From contig CDRNVI010000024.1 in the NCBI GenBank assembly GCA_977017575.1, forward strand, positions 186,001 to 250,000: DNA of 64,000 bases. Reading direction: 5' to 3'. Origin of the DNA: Paramoeba atlantica. Lineage: Eukaryota; Protista; Discosea. The position numbers and the translations under genes are program-made. The notes beneath the pieces were generated by a model. That model worked only from the letters and a program-made list of their open reading frames with translations, had not been told where the DNA came from and made no database searches. This document shows positions 11,026-22,540 of this stretch, piece by piece (within the stretch, counting starts at the first letter, position 1; the number at the start of each line of letters is the position of its first letter).

Positions 11026-11874
11026 TTACCAGGGTGCATAGGAAGAAAGAAGTTTTTCGTTTTCTGAAGAGATTCCCGTATTCTCAACGCCAATTTGTAC
11101 CAAACCTTTGGGAAGACTATAAACGTCAAATTCAATTTTCAGTTCAAAATTGTCTTCCAGAAAAAGTTCCTCCAGTGTTTCCGGAAAATTTTCTAAACGC
11201 ACCAGACCAGTAAAATTGTTATTCTGACAATTCAAATGTTCGAGTAACGGGGGCAGATTTCGCAAATTGAGAGGCCCGGTAAACAAATTATTTGACATTT
11301 CAAGCCTCGAAAGTGTTTGAGACAAATTAGAAAGGTCAATTTCCCCAGTTAGCTTATTGTAAAAAATGGCAAGCCTGATCAGATTTGGAGGTAAATGGGT
11401 CAAGTCAACAGAACTACAAAACTGATTTGATCCCAAGTTAAGGCTTTCTAAAGTGTATGGTAACTGGGCAAGATCCAATGGACCACTAAACTGATTGTAT
11501 GCTATGCAAAAAGAAGAAAGTTCGGGTGGCAAAGCACCGAGCGAAACGACACCTTCGAATTCGTTCTCCGCAATGTAAATCTCGTTTAACGTGTTGCATA
11601 GGTAGTTCCATTGCAGCACTCCTGAGAGGTACATTTCACACCACGAAATCTCTCTGACACGGAAATCAGCATCACATTCCACCCCATACCACTCACACGC
11701 TGGAGTCGATGTGTTCCATGTAGGATGCGGCTGTGATAGGTTTTGGAAGTTCAACCCCGACGTAACGTTTGCAATAAACCGTTCCAGTTCGTATTCCTGC
11801 GGTAGGTTTGCACGTCCCACTTTGTTGGGCATACTGGGGACGTCCGCTGCGTGGTACAAAAAAGGAAGAGCCAT
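11026..11874 (-). CDS. LRR protein (23-aa repeat family)
   Basis: Cap GRANLPQEY..RF..HPTW..CEWYGVEC, then about 8 LRRs. Confidence 0.92.
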   Translation of the reverse strand: MALPFLYHAADVPSMPNKVGRANLPQEYELERFIANVTSGLNFQNLSQPHPTWNTSTPACEWYGVECDADFRVREISWCEMYLSGVLQWNYLCNTLNEIYIAENEFEGVVSLGALPPELSSFCIAYNQFSGPLDLAQLPYTLESLNLGSNQFCSSVDLTHLPPNLIRLAIFYNKLTGEIDLSNLSQTLSRLEMSNNLFTGPLNLRNLPPLLEHLNCQNNNFTGLVRLENFPETLEELFLEDNFELKIEFDVYSLPKGLVQIGVENTGISSENEKLLSSYAPW

Positions 11875-12056
11875 TTCAATATATTTTTACCAATAAAAAG
11901 CGCAGAAAAGCGTCCAAGCTGCAGAAAAGAAGGAAACGAACTTCTAAACAATTGAATGTCGAACTGAAATGAAAAGAAGTATGAATATTGATTTGCCCGA
12001 AAAAGCGTCAAAAACATTTTCGCAGGACCGGACTACGGCCGATGGGACCCGCGATG

Positions 12057-12857
12057 TCAGACAAAAAGTTGAATTTTCTTCGCTTTTCGCTCACGACGAG
12101 ACCCGCCTTGCTTCACCAGGACTACGTTACCCTGCTCATCCTGCACCTCCCGCACGTCAATGTCCTCTATCCCATCCCACGGCGACGCGTCGTCCTGCAA
12201 CTCCATTGGAGTCTCCGGGTGATTTCGATAAAGGTACGCAAACGAGAACTTCCACGGTTCCTCTTCCCACTCATATTTCGCTAACATTTTGTAATGCTCC
12301 GCAATATTTTTCGGAATGTGCTCGTGGATATGGTGATCCACCGGAGGCAAACCGAGCAGTTGGTAATTCTCCACGGTGGCATACACCGCCAGGCGTCGGG
12401 GTGCGAGCTCCATACGCATCACCGACGCCGACACCCACACGGTCTCATGCCTCCTCCCCATAAACCCCCTCGTGGTCGTATCCTTCACATCCCCGAGCAG
12501 GATGACGGGAATATGGACCCGGGGAATACGAAACGGCTCCCCGATCTCCAGCAGCGGTTTGTGCTTCAGGGGGTCGCGAAACGGCTTCGGGAGCCACCGC
12601 GCGTCGTACTCCCCCGCGTTGCACTCACTGTGGGGGTAGTACGACCGGGCCTCGTGCATGCGCTGCTCGTAGGAGGTCAGGGCGTACCGCTTCCAGAGCG
12701 GCACGTGGCTGATCCGGGGGGAGTACCGGACGCTGACCCCCCCGTCGTCGCCGACCTCCGCGGGGACGGGCGGGGGGACGGTGATTTTGTCGTCGCGTTT
12801 GCGTGGGGGGACGTAGTGGGCAATCGCACGCGGGGTGTGGCGTGTGGGGGAGAGCAT
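12057..12857 (-). CDS. MRPL9: Mitochondrial ribosomal protein bL9m
   Basis: IPVILLGDV..G...ETVWV...MRMELAPRRLAVYATVEN matches the L9 N-terminal domain. Confidence 0.75.
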   Translation of the reverse strand: MLSPTRHTPRAIAHYVPPRKRDDKITVPPPVPAEVGDDGGVSVRYSPRISHVPLWKRYALTSYEQRMHEARSYYPHSECNAGEYDARWLPKPFRDPLKHKPLLEIGEPFRIPRVHIPVILLGDVKDTTTRGFMGRRHETVWVSASVMRMELAPRRLAVYATVENYQLLGLPPVDHHIHEHIPKNIAEHYKMLAKYEWEEEPWKFSFAYLYRNHPETPMELQDDASPWDGIEDIDVREVQDEQGNVVLVKQGGSRRERKAKKIQLFV

Positions 12858-12900
12858 GGAGGAAAGGAGGGGGAAGGGGAGGGTAGATAAAACAGGAAAA
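12100..12900. other. C-to-G skew-switch island (pivot about 12600)
   Basis: C runs at 12140-12500, G runs at 12700-12890. Confidence 0.7.
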
Positions 12901-13083
12901 GGACCGGGTTCGTTTTTTGTGCATTTTACATGCGTTTTTCGGATGTTAAATCCTTTTTTTTTGGAAAATAAGAAAGAAGGATGGTGTTGGGTTTACAAAT
13001 GCGATGGAGGAAAAAGTATAAACTTGAACATGTCGGTTTCTCTTTTTGGTACTCCGGGTCGCGTAAAAGGCAGGAAGTATGCC

Positions 13084-13776
13084 TTAGGCAATGCCTAGTG
13101 CTTGACCCCAGGTAGCTGGTTTGTGTGCGGCACCAAGGAGAGCATTGTAGGTAATTACTTCGGGTCTAACCCCAATGCCACGTAGAGCACACAGCATGCG
13201 TACGCTTTCCAGATTTTGTAGTACGGGGAGCAGTTTCGGAGGCATGCCGGACTCTAACAAACACCGAACATAGGGGGAAACCATTCGTAGGCTACGTAGT
13301 TTCGATGCGTCCGTGGAAAAATAAGCCCCATACGGCAGAGTAATAGCTCTGTGGTTGTTTTCAGCAGGAACCCAGCCCATAAACGGGGACGCGTGCTGAA
13401 TTTTCCACTGTCCGCTTGTGTAATAGCGATGATCGTCCAACGCTTTCTCATAATATATGGTGTGTTCAATGGGATCAAAAGAGGAGAGAAGGAGTATGGT
13501 AAAGTGACGCAATGTCAAAGGTGTCCCATTAATATCGTATTCACAGTTTTTGAGAAGCAAATCGTTATATTCCGGTAAAATAGGGAAAAAGGAGCGCGCG
13601 GATTTTATACTCCGGTCTGGGGATTGACCAGAATCTGTCGCTGCACCATCAACATGTGCGTCAGCGGGATGTTCATTCGGGGATGTGCTCTCTCCAAGAG
13701 TTGAACAGGTAGGGAACGCCGGAAATAATTTTCTCCAGAGTATTTGACCTGGAAGGAGAGACGACTTGTATGACAT
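13084..13776 (-). CDS. Hypothetical protein ending in one PPR-like motif
   Basis: C-terminal GVRPEVITYNALLGAAHKPATWGQAL, with a stop immediately after. Confidence 0.55.
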   Translation of the reverse strand: MSYKSSLLPGQILWRKLFPAFPTCSTLGESTSPNEHPADAHVDGAATDSGQSPDRSIKSARSFFPILPEYNDLLLKNCEYDINGTPLTLRHFTILLLSSFDPIEHTIYYEKALDDHRYYTSGQWKIQHASPFMGWVPAENNHRAITLPYGAYFSTDASKLRSLRMVSPYVRCLLESGMPPKLLPVLQNLESVRMLCALRGIGVRPEVITYNALLGAAHKPATWGQALGIA

Positions 13777-14196
13777 GGTTAGCAAATATTAATGAGAGTA
13801 GATTTCTCTTTGTATAGTTATTTAACTTTTCAAGAAAACGAACAGTTGCCTATACCTCAAGAAAACAGAATATTAAACATAAGATTCCGAGGATGATGTA
13901 CTGCGTGCAACTATTTTAGTACAAACTTTACTGCATGAATAAAGGACAAGGTACACGAATAAAGGATAGGAATTCGCAAGCTGAATCACATAGTGTGCCA
14001 TTCTAAATAATTTTCTTGTTCTTAAAGCATAGTATCTCCTCTGAGAGGTTCTCGTGAATACATACAGATGTCTCGTTAAACACGATAATGATTAAACCGT
14101 GCTAGTAAATGTAAATGAACAAATTTTGATTTTTTTCGTGTTGCAAATGTTGCATTTACATTGGTTCATAGTTGCTTCTTTGACATGACCAAATCT

Positions 14197-17115
14197 CTAC
14201 TCTGTCGTAGTAAGAGAATTGCTAGTATCGGCGGACTTGTGACCCACTACTTCTGTATTTCCTTCAGAACTCTTTTCTACTAACATACAGATGCCAGTAA
14301 TATTACTTTGTATCGGTTCATATTTGTCATGCAGACTGAAGTCAAGTAACGCAAACTGCTCAGGCAGAACGCGCGCGGGGTTGTGCAATATTTCATACGT
14401 AGGTTCTGCATTTGCTCCCGAATGCTTGACAGAATCGACTTCTTCGACGTTTTTATCGTTTTCTATGGTTGGATGATCGACCTCCATGCTTTCTTTTGTA
14501 GCTTTTGAATGTTGACTAGAACTGGGTACTACGGCTTCAACCTTTTCATCCACTTCCATAGAAGTTGAATCCTGCTTCCCTTTTAGGCTATCTATGGTGT
14601 CGTTCGATTGTTCATCCTGCACTATTTTCTTCTTGGAGATAGAGAGCTGCACCTCTTTATGCCGTTGCTTCTCTTTCTTTTTTTGTGTCTTTAGTGATTT
14701 CGGAGGAGCGAAACGAGAAGGTGGAGCATTAGACTGTATTGTGTAATCAGGAACCTTTAAATCAGAATCTACTCCAATGAAACATGTAGGCAACATGGCT
14801 TGGGAGAGAAATAACAGATTAGGAAACCAAAACCAATATTGCGAGAAGAGAAACAAAGCCACTATCGATTTTGTCAGCATGTGCCCCTCCTTTACCACAC
14901 GAAAAGTAGCATTCCGCCCTCCTGCATCAATAATCCCCAGAGCGATAATGCTTCCGAATTTCGTGCACGTGTCTACGTGTCGGTCATTTACACGCGACGA
15001 AAGAAGAGTGCGAAAGTCTTCCACCGGATTTTTGGAGACACCCTTAACGCCTTCCGCATTCATTTCGCACAATGCACTGGATTTTTGCACAAGTACCATG
15101 GAGAGAGCCAGGGTGGCTCCCTGGCGGACAAAATCACAAGTGTCGTTGGTCATGTTGAAAAGTAGCTTTACAGATTCTGAGTGCCCGCTTCCGGCGGCCG
15201 CGATGCCCACAGCGAGCGCAATACCATAACGCACGTGAGGGTTGTAACTATCCTGGAGGATGCCAAGGACTCGGCACGTGACTCCGGGATCGCGCAGCGT
15301 AAGAAAACCAACGCAAATCAAAGCGGTACGGCGCACATCATTGGAGGTTTCAGAGATACTACAGCGAAGGAGACGCTGGATATGCTCCATGTTCCCTGTT
15401 CCAGCAAACGCGAGTGCGAGCGTCATACAGCCCCCCATTCGCACCCAGTGGTCGCGATCAACGAGGAGCTGCTCAGCCCACGTCAAGGCTCGCTCCTCCT
15501 GGCCAAACATCACCAGCGCAACAGACATGGAACATCCGCGTATTACTTTTTCTTTTTGGTCTTTTTCGCGTGCAATTGTGAGTAGAGTTGTGGCGGTCTC
15601 CGTGTGGGCACTGCCAAGCATGACGAGCCCACAAGCAATTGCACAACCCTCTCCAGCAACCGCATCACTGCTGCCCAGGAGCGCGAGAAGAACGTCCGAG
15701 AGCTCGGTACTAAAGGAACCCATGGCAGTTAAGCCCAGACCCAGCGCCGCGCCGTGTATGACAGGCTCAAAACTGGAGTAGTTTCGTAACGCGTTGGAGA
15801 GATACTCAACTGTGTCTGTCTCTTTTTCCGGTTCGGATTGAATGCTCGCAAAGACGCCCAGCGGGGCAGATATCAATCCCAGACCAAGAAGAGCGCCGCC
15901 TTCCTGGTAAGGACTTTTAATCGCGGCTTTAGGAAGGTAGGGACCCAGTATTTTCATCCCTTGACCAATATTGCCTCTGTGGACAATCCCTACGCTCGCC
16001 GTTGCGGCAAACTTTGCCCAATTAGAACTTTTCGCGAGCCAAGTGAGATTATCTCGTAGAAATTTGTCCACAGTGGTTCCACAATACATCATGGCGTGTG
16101 CGAGGACCACAGCGTTGTGTGTAACACTATTACTTCCGTCGGCCTGTTTCTTGGCGGCTACAAGAATGCCAACATCCGCAGTGTTCTTTTCACTCAGAAA
16201 CTGTAGATACAAGTCAGAACTAGCTCTTCCTCGTAAAATACGCAAAAGTTTGGCGTACTTTTCGCCTTTACTCATATCATTTTCAATGATTTTTTCAAGG
16301 TCTACAATGATCGAAGATGTAAATTCCTGTTTGCAAAGCTCAGAAATCTGGAATGCAAGTTGCATTGCGATAACTTTTTTCGAGGATTCATGAGATTCAA
16401 ATAGGTAAGACAGTAACTCTGCTACGGCAGAGGTCTCCTTTAAGAATATGAGACACTGCAGAAGAGGAAACAGATCGCGTTGATTGGTGTCCGTGCGGTA
16501 CATGTGAGCTAGCGTGCGAATGACCTCACTTCGAAACGTGAGGCTCGGGGCGTGTGTATTCGCTATTTCAGCACATGTTTTCAAGATGGTCATGTTCCCT
16601 GTTCTACGCAAATGATCTCCAAGTAGTGCTTGAAGAAGATCGAGGCGCTGTGATGATACTGCAAGTCCGAACAGATTTTCTATCGTGAACACGGTGGATT
16701 GGGAGCTCCAAGAATGAAAAATTTCGGAAAAGAAAGCTTCGAGGTCGAGTGGAATTGTTTCAGGGGCGGCTTGACGTTGCGCAATGTATTGACGCACATT
16801 TTCATGTACAACCTTCTCAGTAAACTCGCTTTTCTCCTGGAAATTGAAACAAGGAACAGCACGAAGAGCGTAAGTCGCACTTTTTTCAGTAGAACCCGTG
16901 TGATAGTAAACTTTAGAAACAGCTAATGCCGCTAGTTTTCGTAAGTGATCCGGATAGCTAGTGCTCGAAGCGTACTCATCAAGCAAGGGAAGTAGCTCAA
17001 CCATTTCAGGCCAGAACGTGTCGGAACCACTAATAAGTCGTTGAAGAGCAAATAGTTTCGTGGCAGGATCTTCGTCACGAAGCAGACAACTCAATCCTAC
17101 ACATGAAGATAACAT
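14197..17115 (-). CDS. RPN2: 26S proteasome regulatory subunit RPN2
   Basis: FLRDNLTWL..SSNWAKF, PC repeats, SYNPHVRYG, FWFWFP, LHNPARV. Confidence 0.95.
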   Translation of the reverse strand: MLSSCVGLSCLLRDEDPATKLFALQRLISGSDTFWPEMVELLPLLDEYASSTSYPDHLRKLAALAVSKVYYHTGSTEKSATYALRAVPCFNFQEKSEFTEKVVHENVRQYIAQRQAAPETIPLDLEAFFSEIFHSWSSQSTVFTIENLFGLAVSSQRLDLLQALLGDHLRRTGNMTILKTCAEIANTHAPSLTFRSEVIRTLAHMYRTDTNQRDLFPLLQCLIFLKETSAVAELLSYLFESHESSKKVIAMQLAFQISELCKQEFTSSIIVDLEKIIENDMSKGEKYAKLLRILRGRASSDLYLQFLSEKNTADVGILVAAKKQADGSNSVTHNAVVLAHAMMYCGTTVDKFLRDNLTWLAKSSNWAKFAATASVGIVHRGNIGQGMKILGPYLPKAAIKSPYQEGGALLGLGLISAPLGVFASIQSEPEKETDTVEYLSNALRNYSSFEPVIHGAALGLGLTAMGSFSTELSDVLLALLGSSDAVAGEGCAIACGLVMLGSAHTETATTLLTIAREKDQKEKVIRGCSMSVALVMFGQEERALTWAEQLLVDRDHWVRMGGCMTLALAFAGTGNMEHIQRLLRCSISETSNDVRRTALICVGFLTLRDPGVTCRVLGILQDSYNPHVRYGIALAVGIAAAGSGHSESVKLLFNMTNDTCDFVRQGATLALSMVLVQKSSALCEMNAEGVKGVSKNPVEDFRTLLSSRVNDRHVDTCTKFGSIIALGIIDAGGRNATFRVVKEGHMLTKSIVALFLFSQYWFWFPNLLFLSQAMLPTCFIGVDSDLKVPDYTIQSNAPPSRFAPPKSLKTQKKKEKQRHKEVQLSISKKKIVQDEQSNDTIDSLKGKQDSTSMEVDEKVEAVVPSSSQHSKATKESMEVDHPTIENDKNVEEVDSVKHSGANAEPTYEILHNPARVLPEQFALLDFSLHDKYEPIQSNITGICMLVEKSSEGNTEVVGHKSADTSNSLTTTE

Positions 17116-17323
17116 GGATTCTTCTTAAGAAAATTAAGTTAATAAAAGATATAATAGACGAATAGGTCTCTGATAGTGAAAGCAAAGCGTAAAACTAAAT
17201 ACTGTAAGTGCACGGAAGCCAAGCTCTTGAAATTGAAATACACTGTACGGTGTAGAATAGAAGAAAATTTATGTTGAACATAAATTGTTCAAAATGTATG
17301 CTATTTATATAATTTCTTTTTTG

Positions 17324-17659
17324 TCAACTGATTTGAGAACCAGTATGTGGAGTCATAAGTAATTCCTCGCCCATATTTGATCTTACTTGTACGCTGTTGC
17401 CAGAATCACTATGGACTGCTTGCAAAGGAGAAGAGGAAATTTCGCGCATTTCTATTACCATTTCTTGCAAATCCAATATGTCTCCTGCAATCAAAGTTAG
17501 CTCACGCTGATACTTTCGAGCTTGTGCGCGCAGTACAGATACCTCACTGTGCACACGAAGAAGCTCTAAGTCATCGAAGGCTCCTTTAAATTCTTTTACC
17601 AAATTATCGTATGACTCGTGCTCACTAAGACGGTTCGATGTTCCAGGTGAATTCAACAT
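17324..17659 (-). CDS. Small coiled-coil hypothetical protein
   Basis: 111-aa ATG ORF on the gene strand with a heptad-like helical core. Confidence 0.5.
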   Translation of the reverse strand: MLNSPGTSNRLSEHESYDNLVKEFKGAFDDLELLRVHSEVSVLRAQARKYQRELTLIAGDILDLQEMVIEMREISSSPLQAVHSDSGNSVQVRSNMGEELLMTPHTGSQIS

Positions 17660-18118
17660 TCGATTGCTACGATTTAGGTTTTTGTACGCAATACTTTCTC
17701 AAATACCAACAGTCATAGACGTGCGTGCATTTTCTAAGAAGAAATGATTAGATCTGAAGTCGAGACGATACATTGGATATCCAGTGTCACATAAACTCCC
17801 ACATGTACATAACAAGGATTTGGCCATTTTGGTCTAAAATCGATTCTATTACTGGGGAAGGGGGTATACTGTACTGTATTGTGGGTAGTATACTGTACTA
17901 TGGGTGCTTCCAATATAAATTCCCATTAAATTATTTTAATGCAACAAGCACACCCCGTTCGTCTTTTTTTAAATCACTCTTTTTTTTTCTTTCATCTATC
18001 TTTTTTTAAATCTATCTCACAGAATTTTCACCTCGAACCCTGGAAAGATGGAATGTGACTGGTTTTGTATCGAATGAGTAGCGCAGAAGTTGCGTTTTTA
18101 AGACAAGTGTACGTTTTT

Positions 18119-20323
18119 TTAGTGAGCAGTCCATCTGAAATCCGAGCATACGGCAATATGATCTGAGGGAAAAATATCGTTCGGTAGTCCAAGTTGGCAA
18201 GACAGTTTAGCGTCATCTGGATTGTCCAAAGTAGAAATTCGCTCTAACTCATTCGATGAATGAAAAATATAATCTAATCTGGCTTTAAAGCTAGGAGTAT
18301 AATTCGTGAAGACATAGGGTCCCCAGTGTTCACAACTATCGCGCAGAGCAGGTAGGACATCCGGGAGATGAAGGTCCAGTTGGAACAGATCGGTTTCCTT
18401 CTTGCCATTGGAAGTAGCTGCATTGTCATCACATTCAATTGTTGTCGAAATTTCTTTCGACTCGCCGTTTACTTTCTGGTTGGAGTCCAAATCGATTTCT
18501 TCTAAGGAGGCTAGCCCACCTTTCGTTTTGTCCCAGTCGAAGATCAGTGAATCACACCAGTCTGTATGCTCTGCACTCACACGCCCTTCGGTGAGAAGTG
18601 TGTGTACAATCCCGTCCGGGGGGTTATTCATGTCCCCACAAAGCACAATGCCAACGCGTGGAGTTGTCGCATTTGACGAGTTCTTCCGCAAACAATCTAA
18701 TCTAGATTCCCGAAGCTGGGAGATGATGTATGCTACCATGTAGGCCTGCAAAGCACGAATGTGCGTAGCGTAAGGATGCCAGAACAAATGGGTATTGGCA
18801 AGGATTATCTCCGTAGGATGATTTCCAGACTCCGACTTGGCTTCAACCGACATGACATCGGTGTTCTGAGTTGTGGCTTGTCTGTTTTCAAGTTGAGACT
18901 CCTTGCAGCGTAGACATACGAAAAGAGCACACGTTGTGACATTCCTCAACGCCTTTAAAACTCGAGGGTGAGTGTGTATAAGACGTAAGATGCGCTCCCA
19001 TTGAGGGTCACCCTGTACAGCGGTATGATCAAAGAAGTCTATTGTAAGAGGCACAGTGACCCTTTCAATAAAATCGAACTTCGATTTATTCCATAATAAG
19101 GCGCAGCCGTCATCCATAAGCTGTCGAGTAGAGGATTCTAGTTTTTGATAGGGTAGTGCTGGACGCGGGGGAAGTGTTTTACTCTCGTGTGTGCCTTCGT
19201 AGCCGAGAGATCGAAACAAAGGTCGAAAGTAATTCGAAAAAGTGGAACGGCCCATCTCCTGAAGGGCGATGACATCGCTTGAGTAAGAAATAATCTCTTG
19301 TCCCAAGCGAAGCTCACGATTGTTGTACTCAATATTCCTATCGCTCACGTGAGGATACAGGACAGTTCGTGCATAATCGCTGCTTGCGTAGGAGTCGTGA
19401 AGTACGTTGTACGTGACAACACGAAAGTCCGGGAAGTACGTGCCTTTTTCAAGGCTTTTTCCTGAAAGTGGAACAAGTGGCTTGAACAGCCGTTTTTCAT
19501 GCGGGGGACTGCGCACAACAGGTGTAATTTTAGTTATTGTATGGCCTCTGGGGTCCGAAACCGTAATCTTTAAAGGACTACCTTCACAAATCTCCGTGGG
19601 TACATATACCATAGTATCTGATAAAACATGTTCTTCTTGATTGGTATCTTGACCACTTTGCTGAACAGATTTCTTAACTTCGTCCCCAACATATTTGGAT
19701 TCCTGCACGAAGCCTTTTTTATCCGATTCGCTTTGTTTTTTAGCTGCCAGTGACCACGACCACGTCAAGTCAACATTCGGATCCGTCACGTTCAAACTAT
19801 TGGCAATCAAAGGAAGACATGGGCATCCCACTATGAGGCGGGAAGGAGGGATCAAACTCTTCACGCAGGGTACCTTACAGCGAACGCGCCAGCACCAATC
19901 CCCGACTTTAAGAACATTTCTATCTGCAAAGGCCTCCTGATTGTGTGTCTCAACCGAGATCTCGGTAGTTTCGTCGGGAAGAAAAACGTGAGCCGAGGGA
20001 CATTGAAGTAGTCGATTGTCTTTGTCGCTTTTCACGTGCGCGCCTTTTATATTTTTCTTGTGACGTCCAGATGCCACGTCTTGATTATCTTTTTTGCACT
20101 CCACACTTTCAGCTTTTGTATTCTCCTTGTAAAAAAGTAGCCGAATCCGCTCAAAGGTTTTTGAAACAGGTTCCTGCGGTTCGCGACGGAGATATTTCGC
20201 CTTCCTATTTTCGAGGGGAAGTTCTATAGAGATACATGAATCTTTTGTTTGATCATCTACGATATTGTCGACGAACATCGGCCAATATTTCATCTTCATA
20301 TTAGCGGGAATAGAATGCCGCAT
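18119..20323 (-). CDS. PDE12: PDE12-like 2',5'-phosphodiesterase/deadenylase (CCR4/EEP family)
   Basis: VVTYNVL, DVIALQE, NTHLFWHP, CGDMN, FTNYTPSFKARLDYIF, FPSDHIA, plus a long N-terminal extension. Confidence 0.85.
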   Translation of the reverse strand: MRHSIPANMKMKYWPMFVDNIVDDQTKDSCISIELPLENRKAKYLRREPQEPVSKTFERIRLLFYKENTKAESVECKKDNQDVASGRHKKNIKGAHVKSDKDNRLLQCPSAHVFLPDETTEISVETHNQEAFADRNVLKVGDWCWRVRCKVPCVKSLIPPSRLIVGCPCLPLIANSLNVTDPNVDLTWSWSLAAKKQSESDKKGFVQESKYVGDEVKKSVQQSGQDTNQEEHVLSDTMVYVPTEICEGSPLKITVSDPRGHTITKITPVVRSPPHEKRLFKPLVPLSGKSLEKGTYFPDFRVVTYNVLHDSYASSDYARTVLYPHVSDRNIEYNNRELRLGQEIISYSSDVIALQEMGRSTFSNYFRPLFRSLGYEGTHESKTLPPRPALPYQKLESSTRQLMDDGCALLWNKSKFDFIERVTVPLTIDFFDHTAVQGDPQWERILRLIHTHPRVLKALRNVTTCALFVCLRCKESQLENRQATTQNTDVMSVEAKSESGNHPTEIILANTHLFWHPYATHIRALQAYMVAYIISQLRESRLDCLRKNSSNATTPRVGIVLCGDMNNPPDGIVHTLLTEGRVSAEHTDWCDSLIFDWDKTKGGLASLEEIDLDSNQKVNGESKEISTTIECDDNAATSNGKKETDLFQLDLHLPDVLPALRDSCEHWGPYVFTNYTPSFKARLDYIFHSSNELERISTLDNPDDAKLSCQLGLPNDIFPSDHIAVCSDFRWTAH

Positions 20324-20600
20324 GTGAAGAGATCTCGAATTGTATGCAAATACAACTGGCAAGCAACGGGAAGAGGTAAAAAGAACGCGCAGCGCAATGA
20401 TAAATATATTAAAAAAATGTTACGCACAACGCTGACTAAATATAGGCAAGAAAAATATTGAAAAGTAAAACTTTTACAGTAAAAGTGGGTCGAAAAGGGT
20501 AAGAACGTATCAAACAAATAACTTTTTTCACTTTGTTTCGCAGGTAGGTCGAACGATAGGTCACTTCAAGATTTCGCCATTATTTATAAAATTTTGTCAA

Positions 20601-22259
20601 TCAATACACAGCTCGTAGATGGTGCCGTCCCATCGATCGAGGGGAACAAGCGGACCACGATCTGTTCTTTTTATCCAACGGAAAGAGCTTAAACTTGGAT
20701 GACAAATTGTACGCATACTTGTTCCGCATCCCATAGTGTACGGGCTCACCTTGTCGCCGCCAGTACGTCCAACCCGAAGCATAATCATGAATTCCTGTGG
20801 GAGGGGGTCGCGGCCCCTGGACACCAGATCGAAATGTACGACCAGAGTCGGACAGAGAATTCTCACTGCGATAATGAGATAGATTTCTCAGCGGCCTGGG
20901 GACATGCGTGTTGCTCAAAGTGCCCATATCAGATTCAGGAGTATGTTCCGGTGCTTTAGCCACATGTCGAATCTGAAACTCATTGACAGGGAGTGAAGTT
21001 GAGTCTAGACGGTCGTTTCCACAATCAGATAAAAGATCCACGTTAAACAGTGCGTTATGTTTCCTTATAGTACTCACAGGTAGATGTGAATTCGTATGTT
21101 GTTTTGGTTCGCTTGCATTAATAAAGGATTGTACACCAAGTATGTTACGGGACGCTCTCTCGTTTCCAGCTTCAAGCCACGATCGAGATAATGCCACACG
21201 TGCAGCGTGACTAGGAGACTCATAATTCTCACAAAAATCTAAAAAGTAGCGCAACGTTTGTCTCCATGCCCCGGCGTGTTCCGTGCAGACTAAGACGGCG
21301 GTATGAATCTTTTCCCACTCAGAAGAGATAAATACAGTCCTCCAATGCGATGAAAATAACTTAGTTGTTAATTGTAAGCACTCTTTCCAAAGGTTTTTAG
21401 ACCCCAAATGTTGTAGGCAATATGAGACAGTTCCCGAGATCATTCTTCTCATTCTTTCTCGTCGATCAGGAAAAGATTCATCAGGAAAAGCCATATACCC
21501 CTTCCGGCGAGATAGGATATTCATGGCAATATGCCACCTACCTTGTATCGACAACGCGTGCGCAAGGTGAAGGTCCATCTCGCACACACCCACACATTCC
21601 TCCGAAATCTCGAATGGCGTTTTACTGGACTCTATGTCCTTTACGTATTCATTCCTCCCACAAAGAGCATACTCCCATTGTCCCGCATGGGCGTATGCCA
21701 GTACCAACCCTTGCCGCACGGCTGCATCCGAACTCTGTAACCTTTCCTGTGCGAACACCCCCAGCGCGCGTTCCCACTCTCCGCTCACCGCAAGGTTGTG
21801 AAACAATCTCCTGAGCACGACGGGTAGCTTCTTCGTTTTGAACGGACTGTTCTCCTTACGACTGAGCTCCAATACACGGAGTGCTCCCAGTGGATCCTCG
21901 CTGTCCAGGTAACCCGCAAATAGCGTGCGGTAAAGGGACTGGCCTCGAGGGAGGTTACCCTCCTTGGAATATTCCAGTAACATGTCACCCATTCGCATGC
22001 GATTTGGGGTGGAAGGAGAGGTGCCTCGGAGTAAGGCAGCGATAACAAGCGCGTAGTGCCATGCTGTAACCCGTACGTCTTGGTTTCCCCTTTGCATATT
22101 GCGCAGAACATTAAGGGAGGTCTCCCAACTGCCAGTTTTTTCAGCCTCCAATAACCTCACGCCCAAATTTTTAGTGCTCCGTGCTTTGAGTAGTTTTTGG
22201 TATTCCGGGGTGTGTCGTGGAGGATCGCGTGGTCGGAAAAATTGTGAATAGCTTGACAT
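20601..22259 (-). CDS. PPR-like helical-repeat protein, probably mitochondrial
   Basis: Repeated W..AL..F/L helical units (WETSL, WERAL, WEYAL, WHIAM, WKECL, WRQTL) typical of kinetoplastid PPR-like proteins. Confidence 0.6.
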   Translation of the reverse strand: MSSYSQFFRPRDPPRHTPEYQKLLKARSTKNLGVRLLEAEKTGSWETSLNVLRNMQRGNQDVRVTAWHYALVIAALLRGTSPSTPNRMRMGDMLLEYSKEGNLPRGQSLYRTLFAGYLDSEDPLGALRVLELSRKENSPFKTKKLPVVLRRLFHNLAVSGEWERALGVFAQERLQSSDAAVRQGLVLAYAHAGQWEYALCGRNEYVKDIESSKTPFEISEECVGVCEMDLHLAHALSIQGRWHIAMNILSRRKGYMAFPDESFPDRRERMRRMISGTVSYCLQHLGSKNLWKECLQLTTKLFSSHWRTVFISSEWEKIHTAVLVCTEHAGAWRQTLRYFLDFCENYESPSHAARVALSRSWLEAGNERASRNILGVQSFINASEPKQHTNSHLPVSTIRKHNALFNVDLLSDCGNDRLDSTSLPVNEFQIRHVAKAPEHTPESDMGTLSNTHVPRPLRNLSHYRSENSLSDSGRTFRSGVQGPRPPPTGIHDYASGWTYWRRQGEPVHYGMRNKYAYNLSSKFKLFPLDKKNRSWSACSPRSMGRHHLRAVY

Positions 22260-22540
22260 GCGATTCGCGAGAGGATAGAGTAAAGCTAATAACCTAAAAT
22301 AGTGCAAGAAAACAGATCCCTAATTTCTCTTGTCAAGTCTTTATACAGCTTTGTACCTAGTGCATTCTGTTATTAGACTTCAAACGATTTTATGTGAATT
22401 TTATACATGCATGCAACAAAAGTACATGTATGCATTTCAAATAAGCGGCATCATTATCAGAGTAGGTCTCTGCAATAAATGAGAATACATTCGGACGTTA
22501 AAAACTTCGGGCGCATCCTTTCAATAGGTTCTGCGAAACT

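Noticed and set aside
17864-17899. CTGTACTGTATTG resembling the 3' end of the kinetoplastid spliced leader
   Set aside because: 12/13 match only, no upstream SL sequence, wrong strand for a retroposed mRNA; better explained as a decayed CCGTA-family end with a 12-bp duplication.
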